This document shows, piece after piece, positions 1 through 12,794 of a DNA stretch of 64,000 bases. Positions within the stretch are counted from its first letter, which is position 1. Every line of letters begins with the position of its first letter. Below the pieces are notes generated by a model that searched no databases, was not told the origin of the DNA, and saw nothing but the letters and a program-made list of their open reading frames with translations. Source of the stretch: Utricularia gibba (lineage: Eukaryota; Plantae; Magnoliophyta); the NCBI GenBank assembly GCA_002189035.1, contig NEEC01000013.1, forward strand, positions 3,100,001-3,164,000, read 5' to 3'. Made by a program: the position numbers and the translations under genes.

Positions 1-536
1 AACTACATCAGCATCCATTACTTTTTTATTTTCAACGGAAAATCTATTCAAAAGTCGCCCACCCTTAATTAACTACCATTTACGGAAGATTCAGAATACC
101 GAACGAGCGCCAACGAAACCGAAGCGGCGCGTGAATGCCACGCTACCGGTGAGTGGTGTGGGCCATTCAAGTTCTCTGTGCTGAGTTTTCTTCCTTTGAA
201 GACCCTGCGGTAAACCCAAGGAGAGTGATTCGCCGGTAAACCTGAAAAAAACAAGGTTACCTTCCTTCTGCATTTACGTAGAAACCCTAGATTTCAATCG
301 CTGGTCTAGTTTTTATTTTATTTTATTTTATAAAAAAAGTCAAATTCCGAAACGACCCACGAGGTGTGGTAACAGTAAAAGTAAAAAATGAAAAGCTCAG
401 GAGCTCGCAGTAAATTCGAATTACAGTGGGTTACTTATATTAAAGAAAATAAGAAATATTTCTCCAATAGAAAAGAATTCTGCGCCACGACGGCGATGAG
501 ATGGCGGTCCACGGGTGGGATATTGGATTCTTAAGG

Positions 537-590
537 TGACGTGGATTTCAACCAACCAATCACAGACCCCCTGCTTATCCTCTTCAGATG
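537..590 (+). promoter_or_regulatory. Light-responsive elements upstream of Lhca2
   Basis: TGACGTGG (G-box/hex-like) at 537-544, AACCAAT at 554-560 and an inverted GATA/I-box CTTATCC at 584-590, all within about 120 bp of the ATG at 659. This set is typical of Lhc promoters. Confidence 0.55.
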
Positions 591-658
591 ATACCCTCTA
601 TACAAATCTCTCCTCTCCGACGCTTCTCTGAGGACGCACCTATCGAATATTTCCCGAC

Positions 659-1693
659 ATGGCCGCCTCCGCCTCTGCCTGCGCTTCATCGGCCGTCGTA
701 TTCGCCTCCCCAAGGCAAGTTTCCCGGATCGCGTGTTGATTCGCCTCCAATTTCTGACTCCATTCCAACATATTGCATTGCAGTTCCAACGCAGGGGCGG
801 CCAAGGCTTCCTTCTTCGGAACAAGAAAGCTCAGAGTCGGAAAGTTTGCGACAGAATCTACCGCAAGATCGGTCGCTGTTCGCGCCGCCGCTGATCCAGG
901 TAGACCTATTTGGTTCCCCGGCAGCACTCCGCCGGCGTGGCTCGACGGCAGCCTTCCGGCCGATTTCGGCTTCGATCCTCTCGGGCTAGGTACAGAGAAT
1001 TTTAAGAGCCTTCGAGACCTAAATTTTTTTCCTTTTCAAATGACAAGGAACCTGGAATTGTTGCAGGATCCGATCCAGATAGCTTGAAATGGAACCAGCA
1101 AGCGGAGTTGGTTCACTGCAGGTGGGCAATGCTGGGTGCCGCCGGAATCTTCATCCCCGAATTTCTTACAAAGATCGGAGTCCTCAGCACCCCGTCTTGG
1201 TACACCGCCGGGGAACAAGAGTACTTTGCGGACACAACCACGCTGTTCATCGTCGAGCTCGTTCTCATAGGATGGGCTGAGGGTCGGAGATGGGCTGATA
1301 TCATCAAGCCCGGCAGCGTGAACACCGACCCGGTTTTTCCCAACAATAAGCTCACCGGGACCGACGTTGGATACCCGGGCGGGCTCTGGTTCGATCCGCT
1401 GGGATGGGGATCTGGCTCGCCGGAAAAGGTGAAGGAGTTGAGAACGAAAGAGATCAAGAACGGTAGATTAGCGATGCTGGCGGTGATGGGTGCGTGGTTC
1501 CAGCACGTGTACACCGGAACTGGGCCAATTGATAATCTGTTCGCTCATCTCGCGGATCCTGGTCACGCCACCATCTTCTCTGTGAGTACAACTCATTTGG
1601 AATGATACACATAAATGAGAACAAAAGCAGGGAATTTTGGGTGCTGAAACTCTTCCCTGGATTGAAATTTTGCAGGCTCTGAGTCCTAAATGA
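659..1693 (+). CDS. LHCA2: Photosystem I chlorophyll a/b-binding protein 2 (LHCI type II)
   Basis: Exons 659-714, 784-989, 1067-1581, 1676-1693. Motifs: transit peptide [73 protein letters not shown]. Intron 1 is GC-AG. Confidence 0.95.
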
Positions 1694-2920
1694 GAGACGC
1701 GGCTGCCAGGCGGCGGTGGAGCGTTCGCTTCTAGTTCTCCGTGGATCAAATTCATAATGCAAATGATTCTTGAAACTAGCTGTTAATGCATTTGTACAAG
1801 TGCCTTCTAACTCCATACAATGATTTCAAGAATCTGCAAAATACCCAGAAACAATGTGGAATCACAGAAAAAAAAAAAAAAAAGTTCAGAAAACTTGTCT
1901 AAAATAGATACCGAGTCCCCGAAGTCCTGACGCAGCTCAAGAAAGGGAAAGCATCTTCTCCTCAAAACTGTGATTCAAGATCATGGACACCTGCACACAA
2001 TGGACTTCACTTCAGTATTGTGTGACAGGCATCAATGATCAGAATACCTCCCCAAAAATGAATCTTGCGAGGCTCTGTCAACTGAAAGAAATCGTGGGAG
2101 TGGACGCCATCTTAGCATTGCGGGAGCAGATCTTAATGAAACTTTAAACATCCAAATCACCTACAATATTACGGTGTGGAGCCTTCAGCGCCATGTCAGT
2201 CCCTACATGAACAAAATTCTCAGCCTTCGTTGAGATAAACGAATCCTCTATAAAAGTCATACAGTGCATTACGATTCACTGAAGAATGCGATCCTCTATA
2301 TATTCTCCTGTTCCACCAATTTTTGCCTGGTTTGCCCGTGGCTGTTAAGGGAATGATTTATGCTAAATTTCCAGGGTGCTCTATCTCCATTTTCTGTGTT
2401 GTGTAGCTCTTTGTAGGTATACACATATCCGGATTGTCATAGATCGCTCATTAACAGCAAAATCGCCCAGGGACACCATCCTGTTTTTTTTTTTTTTTTT
2501 TTTAATTACTGGAGCAGAGCAAAATATAGATGCAGGGCTTTGATCATAAATCATGAAACTCATGCATGTATATGCATGCTTGCCATCAAATGGATTTTAC
2601 GCTCAGTGGTATAAATAGCGCATAACTAGAAAGGGATTTTGGGGTTTAGGAATGTATATCTCATACGAGAAAAACCAGAATTGCAGGTGAAGCAGACCAA
2701 TGACACAGGAAAAAAATAAGCAAGCATTCAGGCATAGCAGCACACCGGTACAGAAAACCAAGTAAGTGGGTAGTCACAGCCCACTGAAGACACACGTAGA
2801 AGCTGAAGCAACAACGAGTTTTCACATAACACATAATAAAAACACTTGATCATCATCACTCATACCATTAGAGCAATATCCTGAATCTTCTGAGGACCTT
2901 GATCTTGAATGCTTGTTATC

Positions 2921-5900
2921 TTATCTAGCCTTTGGCCCCAGAATATCACTAGCTCCGCCGATGCTTAAACTTATGCCTTGGCTGCTTTCAGCACACTGTG
3001 CCATCGCGGACTTGAGATTTTTCACGATATCTTCCATGCTTGGTCTCATGGAGAGGTCGCGAGATATGCATATGAGGGCCATTTCCACGATGACCCAAGC
3101 CATAATTTCATTGTAATTTCCATCAAGGCGGGGATCAATAATAGCGTGAATATTTCCTCTCTCGATATTCTCTTTCACCCAGTGAGACAAGTGCCTTCTT
3201 TCTGGCAAAATGGGACGTCTCCCTGTCACTACTACCAGTAAAACCACTCCAAAGCTGTAAATATCCAACTTCTCAAACGCCTCCTCATGACGCCTGCAAA
3301 GAGTATAGTGCTCTATATCATATGAATCATGACTCATTCACATACATTCTGCTAATAGGTACTCACAAGGGGTCGAGGTATCCAAGAGTGCCAACTATGG
3401 TACTTGCCATGTATTGACTAGTGAAGAGTCTTGAGAGACCAAAATCTGCTAATTTGGGTTCGAAGTCCTCCGTGAGGAGTATATTTGCAGGTTTGATGTC
3501 TCGATGGATTATAGGTGGCCTACATCCATGGTGCAGATACTCCAAACCTGCATTCATCACCTTAGCAATCCTAGTGTTACTTATCTATAACTGGATGTCT
3601 CTGAAGTACCTTGTGCTGCACCAATAATTATGCTGGCCCTCTTCTCCCAACTCAACACAGGATTCTCAGCTGAGGAAGTTGTGAAATCATTTCACAAATG
3701 TAAATAATAGTTGTTTCATGATAAGGAAAGATCATATGCGAGTTTTTTCACCTGACAAATGGTGTTCCAAGGTGCGGTTTTCCACGAATTCCATCACAAC
3801 TGCCCTTGTAGTCTTGCCGTTGCAATATCCAATAATTCTTGTCAAGTTTTTGTGATACACGGTTGCAAGAATTTGTACCTGAATTGATTGGGAGGGGTTA
3901 TATGCATGGACGGCAGACGCTCATGTTTCACATAGACTTGAGAATGTGGGCATTGAGACCCTTACCTCAGACTTAAACTGTCTAGCGCTTTGCTCACTGC
4001 ATCCATCGAGTATCTTCACAGCGACGTAACTCCCATCCATGAGGCAAAGGTAGACGGTACCAAATCCGCCTTTACCAAGAACTCTTTTATCATGTATGAG
4101 ATCATTCACCTCAGATGGCTTAAATCTTCTTAACTTTGAGGATATGATGGAACTTCCTATCCTTTCCGTAGACTTGGGAGATTCTGTTCCAAAAAAATGA
4201 GGTGGGATAATGTATTTACTTACTGATAAGCACTCACTGTATTAAGCTGATTTTTTTTTTTTAACCTCGGGGAGGATACTTATATTTGGACTTGAGAACG
4301 AAGAAGACGACCAGAGAAAGGCAAATCAAGGCCCCCAAGATTGATATCGATATTGCGATAATGACTCCAATATTCCTATGAGCCCTGAAGGAGATTACTG
4401 TTAGGAATGAAATGTTTGTTATGCTTGCCTCAAATATAGAAAGCATACCTTGAAACTTTCCCCTGAGTTCTATCAACCCGTTTTTCTGTTTCTCGAGCAG
4501 AGCAGATGGCCACGACCCTGTCATCTTGTTACCTTCAAATGATCTACAGTCAGTCACACATGATTAGTAGAATGTTAACTCATCATATTCCACTTTTGAA
4601 CAACAGAGTTACAGTTTTTCCAACTCACATGAAGGTCAGGTTTTGAAGATGCAATAAAAAACCGGGAACGGTTCCACTTAGATTGTTGAAGGATAAGTCC
4701 CTTGAGAAGAGAACAAAATTGGGATGTACCACGGGTGTTAGAATGATCGAGATGATGCAATAGGACCACATTGTACTTACATTCTTTCTAGCATCGTAAA
4801 ATTGGCTATTGCCTGAGGTATGGCCCCGCTCAGTCCACAGGATGACAAGTTTCTGGGGATATGACAGCTTAGCTTTATCTGTATGTGAGCGACAGAGAAA
4901 CTAACTGAAACATTACTCACAGTTGCGTGACCCTTGGAGGTTCACTTGCATTGTAAGCGCAGGTGATGCCAGTCCACGTCTGGTTTTGAGGTAAGCAGGG
5001 GTCTGCTATCCATTGCCAACCCTTGGCTTTAATGGCGTCTCTGAAGTAATTCTTTATGGCAGTAATGGCGACGACTGATAGAAGATGAGATTATCATCAA
5101 AATGCAAGCCATTCATTCATTCATAAGGAAGTAACACATGGTAGTATGGTTTGGTGCATCGGCACTCACCATCACCCTCGTTTGTTTCAGCCAGCTCAAA
5201 GGGTATGATTCGGTATACCTCATATGCATTGAGCGAGGGTGGTGGGGCACCACTGTCTTGTACCCAGATGTTGAGATTCAGGCGGCTTGCATCTTGTGTT
5301 ACTGTGAACATGATGGGATATGTGGAAGCCTGGAGATAACTGGGTGCCGATATCCCCACTTCACCCTGACACTGAGCTGTAACTCTCAATGCCGGGGTGC
5401 AGAGCGTCACGTTCATGGGTCTTTGAACGCCCTGCACGAGCTCTGCAAAATGCAACAGCACGTAGAATGTTGTGTTCCTTGGTTGGTTGTTGTTGAAACC
5501 AATGGTGATCATAGAAATGTTGTTGATGGGTGTAAATGCCCTCCTGAGGACCTTCCATGGGGGGCAGTACTCGTCATTAACGTTCAGGTTGGGGGCACCG
5601 CTTCTGAAGTGTTGACTCCATAGATGCCAGTAACTGCTGGCGGCATACGTTGCACATCCCAGATCCGATCGAACCTATCGTCGGGAAACCTAAACCAGAG
5701 AATGCGTCTTGGTGTGCTATTTATTTTGTACGGCCGAGTGTAAAATTTATCAAATTATAAATCCCATTTTAAACACGCACCTAATACTTTGTGTAATATC
5801 AGCAAATGAATAGCGAGAACGTTCACCGGTGCCCTGCTGCAGCGATCCCATGCTGGTGGCGTTATATATGTTTCCTGAAAAGGTCCTGAGCTCGAGGTAA

Positions 5901-6507
5901 TTTATGAAAGGATCTCCGTGGCCCGTATCCACAAAGCACAAGTGTATATGATTTGAGGTTGCAGCGAGAATGATCTCCGCATACTGCCAACCACCAGTGG
6001 ATGAGTTCACCGTCGTCCAGTAATTAACTCCCAGATGCAGATCGAAGGCTGTCTCCCCAGGACTGCTGACGTCAAAGTAGAAGTAGGCTCTCAGCAGAAA
6101 CCTTACCCCTTTGGTTATGTTGAAGCTGTAGCAACCTGTGCTTCCATCTTCATGTCGAAAACGTCTTCTGGTCCTCATTAGGCTGGGGATATATGAGTCG
6201 TATGGTGGATTACCAGTAACTTCAACTCCTTCCTTTATCCCATTTTCCACGAAATCATCGTCTGCCTGGTACGCTACAAGTGTATCGGTTGAGTAGCTGG
6301 CGCTAGTTGTGGACTCATTCAGGCCACAGTCCAGATTGATCCAACCTTCATATTCGTTCATTCATTCATTCATGCATGCATTCATTCCATTCCGGTGGGA
6401 GTGCTAGATTAGTGAGACAGACACGCACCTGGTGGCGTTTGAATTGTGACCTGGGCACTCACATGGAAAAAACCAAGCAGAAGCCGTAAGAGAAGGAAGC
6501 AGCTCAT
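2921..6507 (-). CDS. Malectin-like LRR receptor-like kinase (LRR-I, IOS1/At1g51800-type), with one apparent frameshift
   Basis: Signal peptide [52 protein letters not shown]...WTGITC, LRR exons, a TM helix, then [23 protein letters not shown] and the ending GPKAR*. One base is missing at the G5 run 5591-5595. Confidence 0.85.
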
Positions 6508-6797
6508 GCTTCTCAACCCCATCTTTTTGATTCCTTGATTGGTTCAGGCATGCTGCACCCAGCTGTATATATAATATATTATTACATGCATGTATTGCGC
6601 TAGGGGCAAGAAGAAAAATAAATTAAATTCTGGCAAACATTATTATTAACTTCTTTGTTATTGCAGTCACGAGACTCAACCTCAATCAATCCCTTCTGCT
6701 TCACCCATTAGTATTATTCTCTTTTCTAATGGTTCAGAATTGCTTACAAATCTGACCACAAAAACTGATTATTGTTGGTCTTTGAGTCTTTGGAGCA

Positions 6798-6819
6798 TTG
6801 ACTTGCATTTAATGGTCAA
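6798..6819 (-). promoter_or_regulatory. Paired W-boxes upstream of the LRR-RLK
   Basis: TTGACT at 6798-6803 and GGTCAA at 6814-6819, about 300 bp upstream of the ATG. A TATATA element lies near 6565-6571. W-boxes are WRKY-binding sites typical of defence RLK promoters. Confidence 0.4.
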
Positions 6820-7149
6820 TGGCCATAGCAACTTATTGGATCCAAAAGATGCGTCAGTTGTGGCCCCCCAAAAGCAGACGACGGTTCAACAAACTAAACA
6901 TAGGACGAGCAAGTGGATGAAGAGGGAGGAAAGAGGAAGAAATCATTGAAAGAGAGACAAAGCCTGCACAAATTGGCTTTTAATGCTTGAGTGTGAACGT
7001 TTTATAAGCTGATGTAATTTACAGAGCAAGAATCCTAAAAATTCAATCCCTTCTTTACATTGATCCCTTAATTTGTTTCTTGATTTATGATGCTGGCATG
7101 ACTTACCAATTTGCGGAGAAATCATCTCTATGGAAGCTTGCCCTGCTTA

Positions 7150-7760
7150 TTGACACGATCTTAAGCAATGTAACCCAAGACTGCACTACCTCTAATCAAC
7201 AGAACAACCAACTTGCGAGTAACCAAGTTTGAAGATCAAAGAACGAAACAAGACGAATTTCAACGAGGAAATCCTTGCGGGAGAAAACCTCAGATGCTCC
7301 AGACTAGGCTGAAAAATCCACTATCAACGATGTGAATGATCGGTTCAATAACAGTTTCAAAACAGGTTTTAGAACCAAACAATCACAGCAAGATTCTGCC
7401 TAATCCTCACACAGGGGTTTTCTACAGAGCAAAACAGGAACACAGGCTTAAAGCCTTTCTGCTCAATCATTCACTGGATCGTTTTCTTGTAGAGATCCTC
7501 TTTTGGTTCTTTCAGATATTCTGAGACTCACGCGGATGTCTCCCCCTGCCCCCTAGGGGATTCTTAACGGTTAGCCGTTATTCATAGTGGGCTTTTCGTG
7601 GGCCTGGTATGAGACGGCCCACCACATTTATCACACCTCATACATTACCAAGTTTATATCTTTTGTTTTATTGCTCCGATCACAGTATCTGTTTACTTCC
7701 ACTCAACCGAAGCCGAGTCCAAGCTTTGTAACAGAGATTGCTCTTTCTTTCCATTTGTTG
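7150..7760 (-). mobile_element. Possible LTR or 3' flank of the copia relic
   Basis: Lies just downstream of the RNase H remnant. Contains ATAGTGGATTTT...GGTTTTCTCCCGCAAGGATTTCC on the minus strand, reminiscent of copia LTR U5 motifs. No second LTR or TSD was identified. Confidence 0.3.
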
Positions 7761-7799
7761 TGTCATGTTCTTTATATGGGTAAGGGTGCATCTGTCTTC

Positions 7800-9240
7800 T
7801 TAGATATTGGAGTCTTTTTCTGTCCACATTCTTTTTTTGAATAGATCGGCAATCTGATACGTTGTGGAGATGTGATGAGTGATCAAGTATCTAACTCGAT
7901 ATGCTTGCTACAAGCATGATAGATTGGCTTGATGGTGAGAGAGAGAGCAGTGAGGTTTTTCATAGTAGAGGCATGGCATTTCTTTGAATCAGACATTGAG
8001 ATCTCAAACAAGTAGTAGTCAGTCACATCACTTCAGCAGCTACATGCAGCATGGAATGATACTTGGCCCCTGTACTAGATCATCTTAAGATTATATGTTG
8101 CTTCTTTGAGTTCCACTTGGAGTTGCTTTTCGAGGTAAATTAGGCAGCATGTCCCACCATACCACCATCAGTTACTGGAAGAGTCTACGTCATGCTTGTT
8201 AGAAATTGAGATCCTTAATGCAGTGAAAAGCAGTTGCCTTGATGTAGTGAAAAGTTCGCATTGCTAGTTGTTGATGATACATTGTTGGTTGCTGCATGAA
8301 CTGAGACATATAATTTGCACCGAACACGATATCATGTTTCGTGAAGTGAAGGTACTGAAGTGGTCTAACCAGTGAGCATAAGTCAGTTGAATTGGATTGT
8401 TCAGCATCAAATCTGTGGCTTGCAGTTTGATCTTTGAGGGTTCTGGAGTCACTACCGGTCGACATTCTTTCATACTGAACATGTCCAAAATAGATAAAGC
8501 AATGTGAATTTCATTCAGTTAGACGTAATCCGTTACTTGTGTCCTTCACCTGAATGCCTAAAAAATGGTGTAACTCTTGTAGATCCTTCCTTCATCGCAA
8601 ATTCTTCTATCAATGACTGGAGGAGGGAAGCCAAGCGATCATGAGTACTTGCTACATAAAGTAACAAAATCAGTATTCCATGAGTAGCATGCAAGATAAA
8701 TAGAGAAGGATCTACAAAACTACATTTACAACCTTTGTGGAGTAGAACACGATTGAACCAACACAACACACGAAAGTCAGTCCTGCTTTAACCCGCGCAA
8801 CAGCACATGCACATGCTTGGGAGAATAGGAATCTGACAGGAACATACTTTCACTAATATTTCCATGCAACACCACGTTTTTTGCATCAAAGAGACACTGA
8901 TTACTAATCTTACTGTGTGTTGGTGAGAGATGGCCATCAATTTGATCATAGACAAGTGAATTGATGGCGTAATGCAAATTCCCGTTCCTGTGAGTCTTAT
9001 TTTTCAGTGCTTCCTATATGCCATGTGCTATGCCATCACACTCCAACCCAATACAAAGGTTACAAGATTCTTCTGACATTATGCCCATTTGGAAATCCAA
9101 CCTCTGATGCATTGGTTCTCTTGTGTTGCTGATGCATTTCTAGCATTGGTGGTGCTGCTGTCTCTCCGATCATGAGTTCATGGCTTTCGACTACGTGGAT
9201 AGTTGCAAGACAATAAGCCGGATGTGACAAAGTTGTAGAT
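7800..9240 (-). mobile_element. Degenerate Ty1/copia retrotransposon RT-RNase H fragment
   Basis: Broken-frame matches to copia pol: FDAKNVVLHGN (LDVKNAFLHG), LRGLKQ, VDPSLFILH..LLLYV, LQYLHFTKHDIVFGANYMSQFMQQP, an SST-AKY-like motif, and QIADLFKK. Many stops and frameshifts. Confidence 0.85.
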
Positions 9241-9689
9241 ATTGAGGGAAAAAGTGTTGCTCATCGTTGCCAAGCCAGCGTGTCTCTACGAAGCAGTAGA
9301 AGTCGATGCGCAAGAGGAGGAAGAAGAAATCATTGAGAGAGAGAGACTAATGCTAACAGGTGACGATGAAATGAAAGGGGCAGTAGGGAGAAGAGAGAGA
9401 AAGGCTACACATATTGGCTTCTAGTATTCGAGTGGAAACGTTTACAAACGCCTGGAACTTATAGAGCAAGAAAAACAAAAGAGTGGAGGTAATTTTGAAA
9501 CGTAGGCCACCTCGGGCTCATTTATAAAAGTGGTTACCAATCCACGTTAAAAAACTTACAGGATATTCAATTTTGTGTTACAGATCACCACCCTTATACA
9601 CACACTAACTTAAAAAAAAAAAAAGTGTTACACATCCCCTATTTTCTAAATCATCCGATCACGGGGAGCAGGAAGGCAGGCAGGCAGGC

Positions 9690-9699
9690 GCCACGTGGC
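9690..9699. promoter_or_regulatory. Perfect palindromic G-box upstream of LTPG
   Basis: GCCACGTGGC, about 220 bp upstream of the ATG at 9922. Confidence 0.5.
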
Positions 9700-9921
9700 G
9701 CATCGGTGCATGTCATTAATGGGGCAGGCAGGGGGGAGTAGCAAACGGATAGCAGCTGAGCTGATCGGCGCCAGAAATGGGGTTGATTTCAATGCCCCAA
9801 CAGTGTGCTCCATTTCTCACCATTAATTCCTTCACTTTTTCTCTTTTGGTCCGCATAGTCATAGTTATAGTGCGCTTCTCTTCCTCACTCCCTTGTTTCA
9901 CGCAAAGCAAAAACCTCAAGG

Positions 9922-10579
9922 ATGGAGAAAGCAACTGGGTGCACGACTCTGTATCTGCGGCTCCTTTCCTTCTTCTTCGTCTTCAGCCACGTCGCCGCCG
10001 CGGACGACTCCCTGATGACGACCTGCGCGCCGGAGTTTCAGAAGGTGACGCTCTGTTTGCCGTTCGTAACGGAGAAATCCACGCTGCCCACCAAGGAATG
10101 CTGCGACACTGTCGTCGAGCTGAAGAACACGAAGCCTGTGTGCATGTGCTTTTTTGTACAGCAGATTCATAACGGGACCAACGAGGCAACTAAAAGCTTG
10201 GGTATTAAGGAATCGCAGCTCCTCCGCCTCCCCGCCGCCTGCAAGGTCGTCAACGCCACCGCCGCCAACTGTCCTCGTAAGCCACCGCCGCCAACAGTCC
10301 CCCTTTCCTAAAAAAGAACAAAAAAAAAAAGACTTGCATTCACTCACACTCAAGCTCATTCCATACCAACTTCGCAGGTTTGTTGAATTTGCCGGAGAAC
10401 TCCAGCGACGCCGCTATCTTCGCTGATCCTCCCCGAGTGGCGCAGCAGCAGCAACAGTAAGCGGTTCTGGTACGGCGGCGAATGAAGCCTTTTGGGAAAA
10501 ACCTCAGGTTGTGTTTGTTGCGGGAATCAGTTTTTTAATCCAGTCGTTGGCCGCTACTCGTCCTGGAATGTATTTGTGA
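9922..10579 (+). CDS. GPI-anchored non-specific lipid transfer protein (LTPG1-like), with one apparent frameshift
   Basis: Signal peptide, 8-Cys motif (C-C-CC-CxC-C-C), exon 1 9922-10276, exon 2 from 10378 (RLLNLPENSSDAAIF). Adding one C at 10431-10434 gives a Ser/Ala linker plus a hydrophobic GPI tail (VVFVAGISFLIQSLAA...YL*). Confidence 0.85.
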
Positions 10580-11096
10580 GGTGGTATTGTTTCATGGGCG
10601 TCTCTGTGGTTCGCTGAAACAATCCTTCTCTAGCTGCGAAATCTGCATTGCTTTTCTTTCCTTTTTTTTTTTTTTGTGCGTGTGATACGAGTGTACCAAT
10701 AACCCTGAGGCGCCTGCTTCTTCATTTGACAATGCATAAAAACAGATGGTTATTGAAATTTCCAGATTTACTGCATCTGTGCTCAATTCTACAAGGCATC
10801 AAAGCAAGGGGTTGGTGATCCGTTTGCTTCAAAAAACGACCCCAGAGTTGTCAGGAATCTACCACCCATTTGGACAGCGTGATAGAGAGAATTCACTGCG
10901 GGTGGTGATTCCCCTGTATTCAAATGCAGACAGTTAACTACTACCATCAACCCGAAGCGGCTAGAAGAATCACACTTTAGAGATAAATATTCCAATCTTG
11001 GTGGTGGTCCTCCTCGAAACAGACCAGGGAAATTGAAAATAGGTCTGAAATCATGTCTAAACTGTACCCAAAAATTTTGGAGGTTTTAAAACTAGC

Positions 11097-12794
11097 TTAG
11101 TAGAAGAAACCGAACTGGGAGCTGGTTTTATCAGTCATTTCGGGACCATTTTGGTAGAACCCAGGCTGCTCGGGCTTATGTGTTGCCCTCAGCACCTGGC
11201 TGCTGCTTTCCTGATCCTGAGCCTCCTGGGTGGAATGTGCTGATGAGTGATGATGCCCTGAAAGCAAAAAATCCGGCAAAGCTTCTTCGGCTAGTCCCAG
11301 TCCGAGACCATACATGGCGGGCACCCGCGGCTCAGCTGCGGGAGGGAGCATGATTCCTTGGCAGTGAACTGGAGCGGGTAGTCCGCATGAACCCCAAGAA
11401 TTGCTGCTGTTGTTTGTTGACAGAAGAGAGAGAGCACGACCGTACTCTGTAGCTGCTTCCATATGGGGAGGAGGAGGAGAAGCGATGAATGATTCCTTGC
11501 AACCTAATAACCACCAACCCAGTTATGGTACTAGACTTGTAACCACAAACGTTCATCATTTTCTGGAGCATGAGCAAAGGGGTAATACTAAGACTGACCC
11601 GAGTCCAGAAAACCAGGTGTGGATATCTTGGATGAGAAAAGGCCGGCGCTGGTGGGGATATGCATCGCATGGTTGTTGGAGAGCTCGATTACTGGGGCAT
11701 GCATAGGATCAGTGATACCTTCATCTCCTTCACACCTGATAGAATGGTCTCCGCTCAGGGTAAACTTGGTGGTGCTGCAGTGTCTAGTGCTGATGTGTGA
11801 ACCATTGGTCAGGAAAAAACCCAGTTGTTCCCTTCCTCCTGCAATTCCAAAGGGATTAGATAGAATGCACCATTAGCCTTCAGGTCTTCTGTGACAGTGG
11901 ATGACGAAAATGCATTTAGAAGTAGTTTAGTGCCATTCCTGTCCTAGACAAGAATAAAAATTCCCCAACCACACCCAGGTGCAGTAACTCGATTCATAGT
12001 GCTAGACGTACCGTAGAAAGGTGACGAGGGGGCAGCAGAACTGAACAACATGCTTTCTTGCTGCGGCTTCCTACGACGAGCATTGTGATCAAAGAGCCTC
12101 CTCCTACAGCTGCGCTTCTTATCATCGAATTCCGACAGGTTATGGAACCTTCATCATACAGAATGAAGAGTGCTAACATCCATGAAAGAGAGTGACATGT
12201 GCGCGGTATGACATATTCTTACCTGCTGCACTGTTGGCAAAACCGGCGTTCAACACCGCCAACTATGACCTTGGAGCTTTTCGAATGATTGTCGCAAACT
12301 TTATGTTTCCGATGGTATTCCTTAGCAGTGGAGAGGTCGAGAGCACAGCCCTCAACAATGCAACGTGGGATGGGGCTACTCCTGTACGCTGATTTACTTC
12401 TGTTAGACGTACTCAGTTTTCCAGAGGAGGATGACGCCTTGTCATTTCCCACCGGACCGGCATTCTCAAAGTAGGTCCTCTTTCCCAGCTTCAGGCCGAT
12501 CAGGGGCTCCACCTCACCGAGTCCACATACCTCCGCTTCCTTCATCGAGTGTCTTGCAGAGTCTTTCGAAATCATGAGCTTGAAGGTCGGGTTCCGAGTC
12601 TCATCTCTTGTAGAAGATTCAGCAGAGGCATGGTGCCCGTCGGAGACGGACGAGAGATTGAAGGGCGAAGTGGTGTCAATTTCTCCATCCATCAGAAACA
12701 CGTCTCCCAACCCCAGCTTCCTTGGACCATATGTTGCTTTTGAACCAAAGGAAACAAGATTATCCCAATCCCATTTGCCATTCCAGTCCATCAC
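11097..12794 (-). CDS. SPL: SQUAMOSA promoter-binding-like transcription factor (SPL2/10/11 clade)
   Basis: Exons 12223-12794, 12012-12148, 11599-11838, 11097-11503. N-terminus [23 protein letters not shown], a complete SBP domain ([38 protein letters not shown]), and RALSLLS encoded by the miR156 site. Confidence 0.93.
11418..11437 (-). promoter_or_regulatory. miR156/157 target site in the SPL CDS
   Basis: The minus strand reads GTGCTCTCTCTCTTCTGTCA, the canonical SPL miR156 response element. Confidence 0.95.

Noticed and set aside
69-273. Short minus-strand ORFs next to a telo-box (282-289)
   Set aside because: No family recognised. Possibly the leader of a gene beyond the window edge, but unsupported.
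531-927. Minus-strand ORFs of 95-97 aa over Lhca2
   Set aside because: Antisense shadows of GC-rich Lhca2 exons with no recognisable motifs.
1900-2563. Spacer between the Lhca2 and RLK 3' ends with a 60-aa ORF
   Set aside because: Stops in all frames and no recognisable homology; probably UTR or spacer.
11417-11437. Plus-strand sequence identical to a mature miR156/157-like RNA
   Set aside because: It is the complement of the SPL target site inside coding sequence, and no hairpin arm is present.
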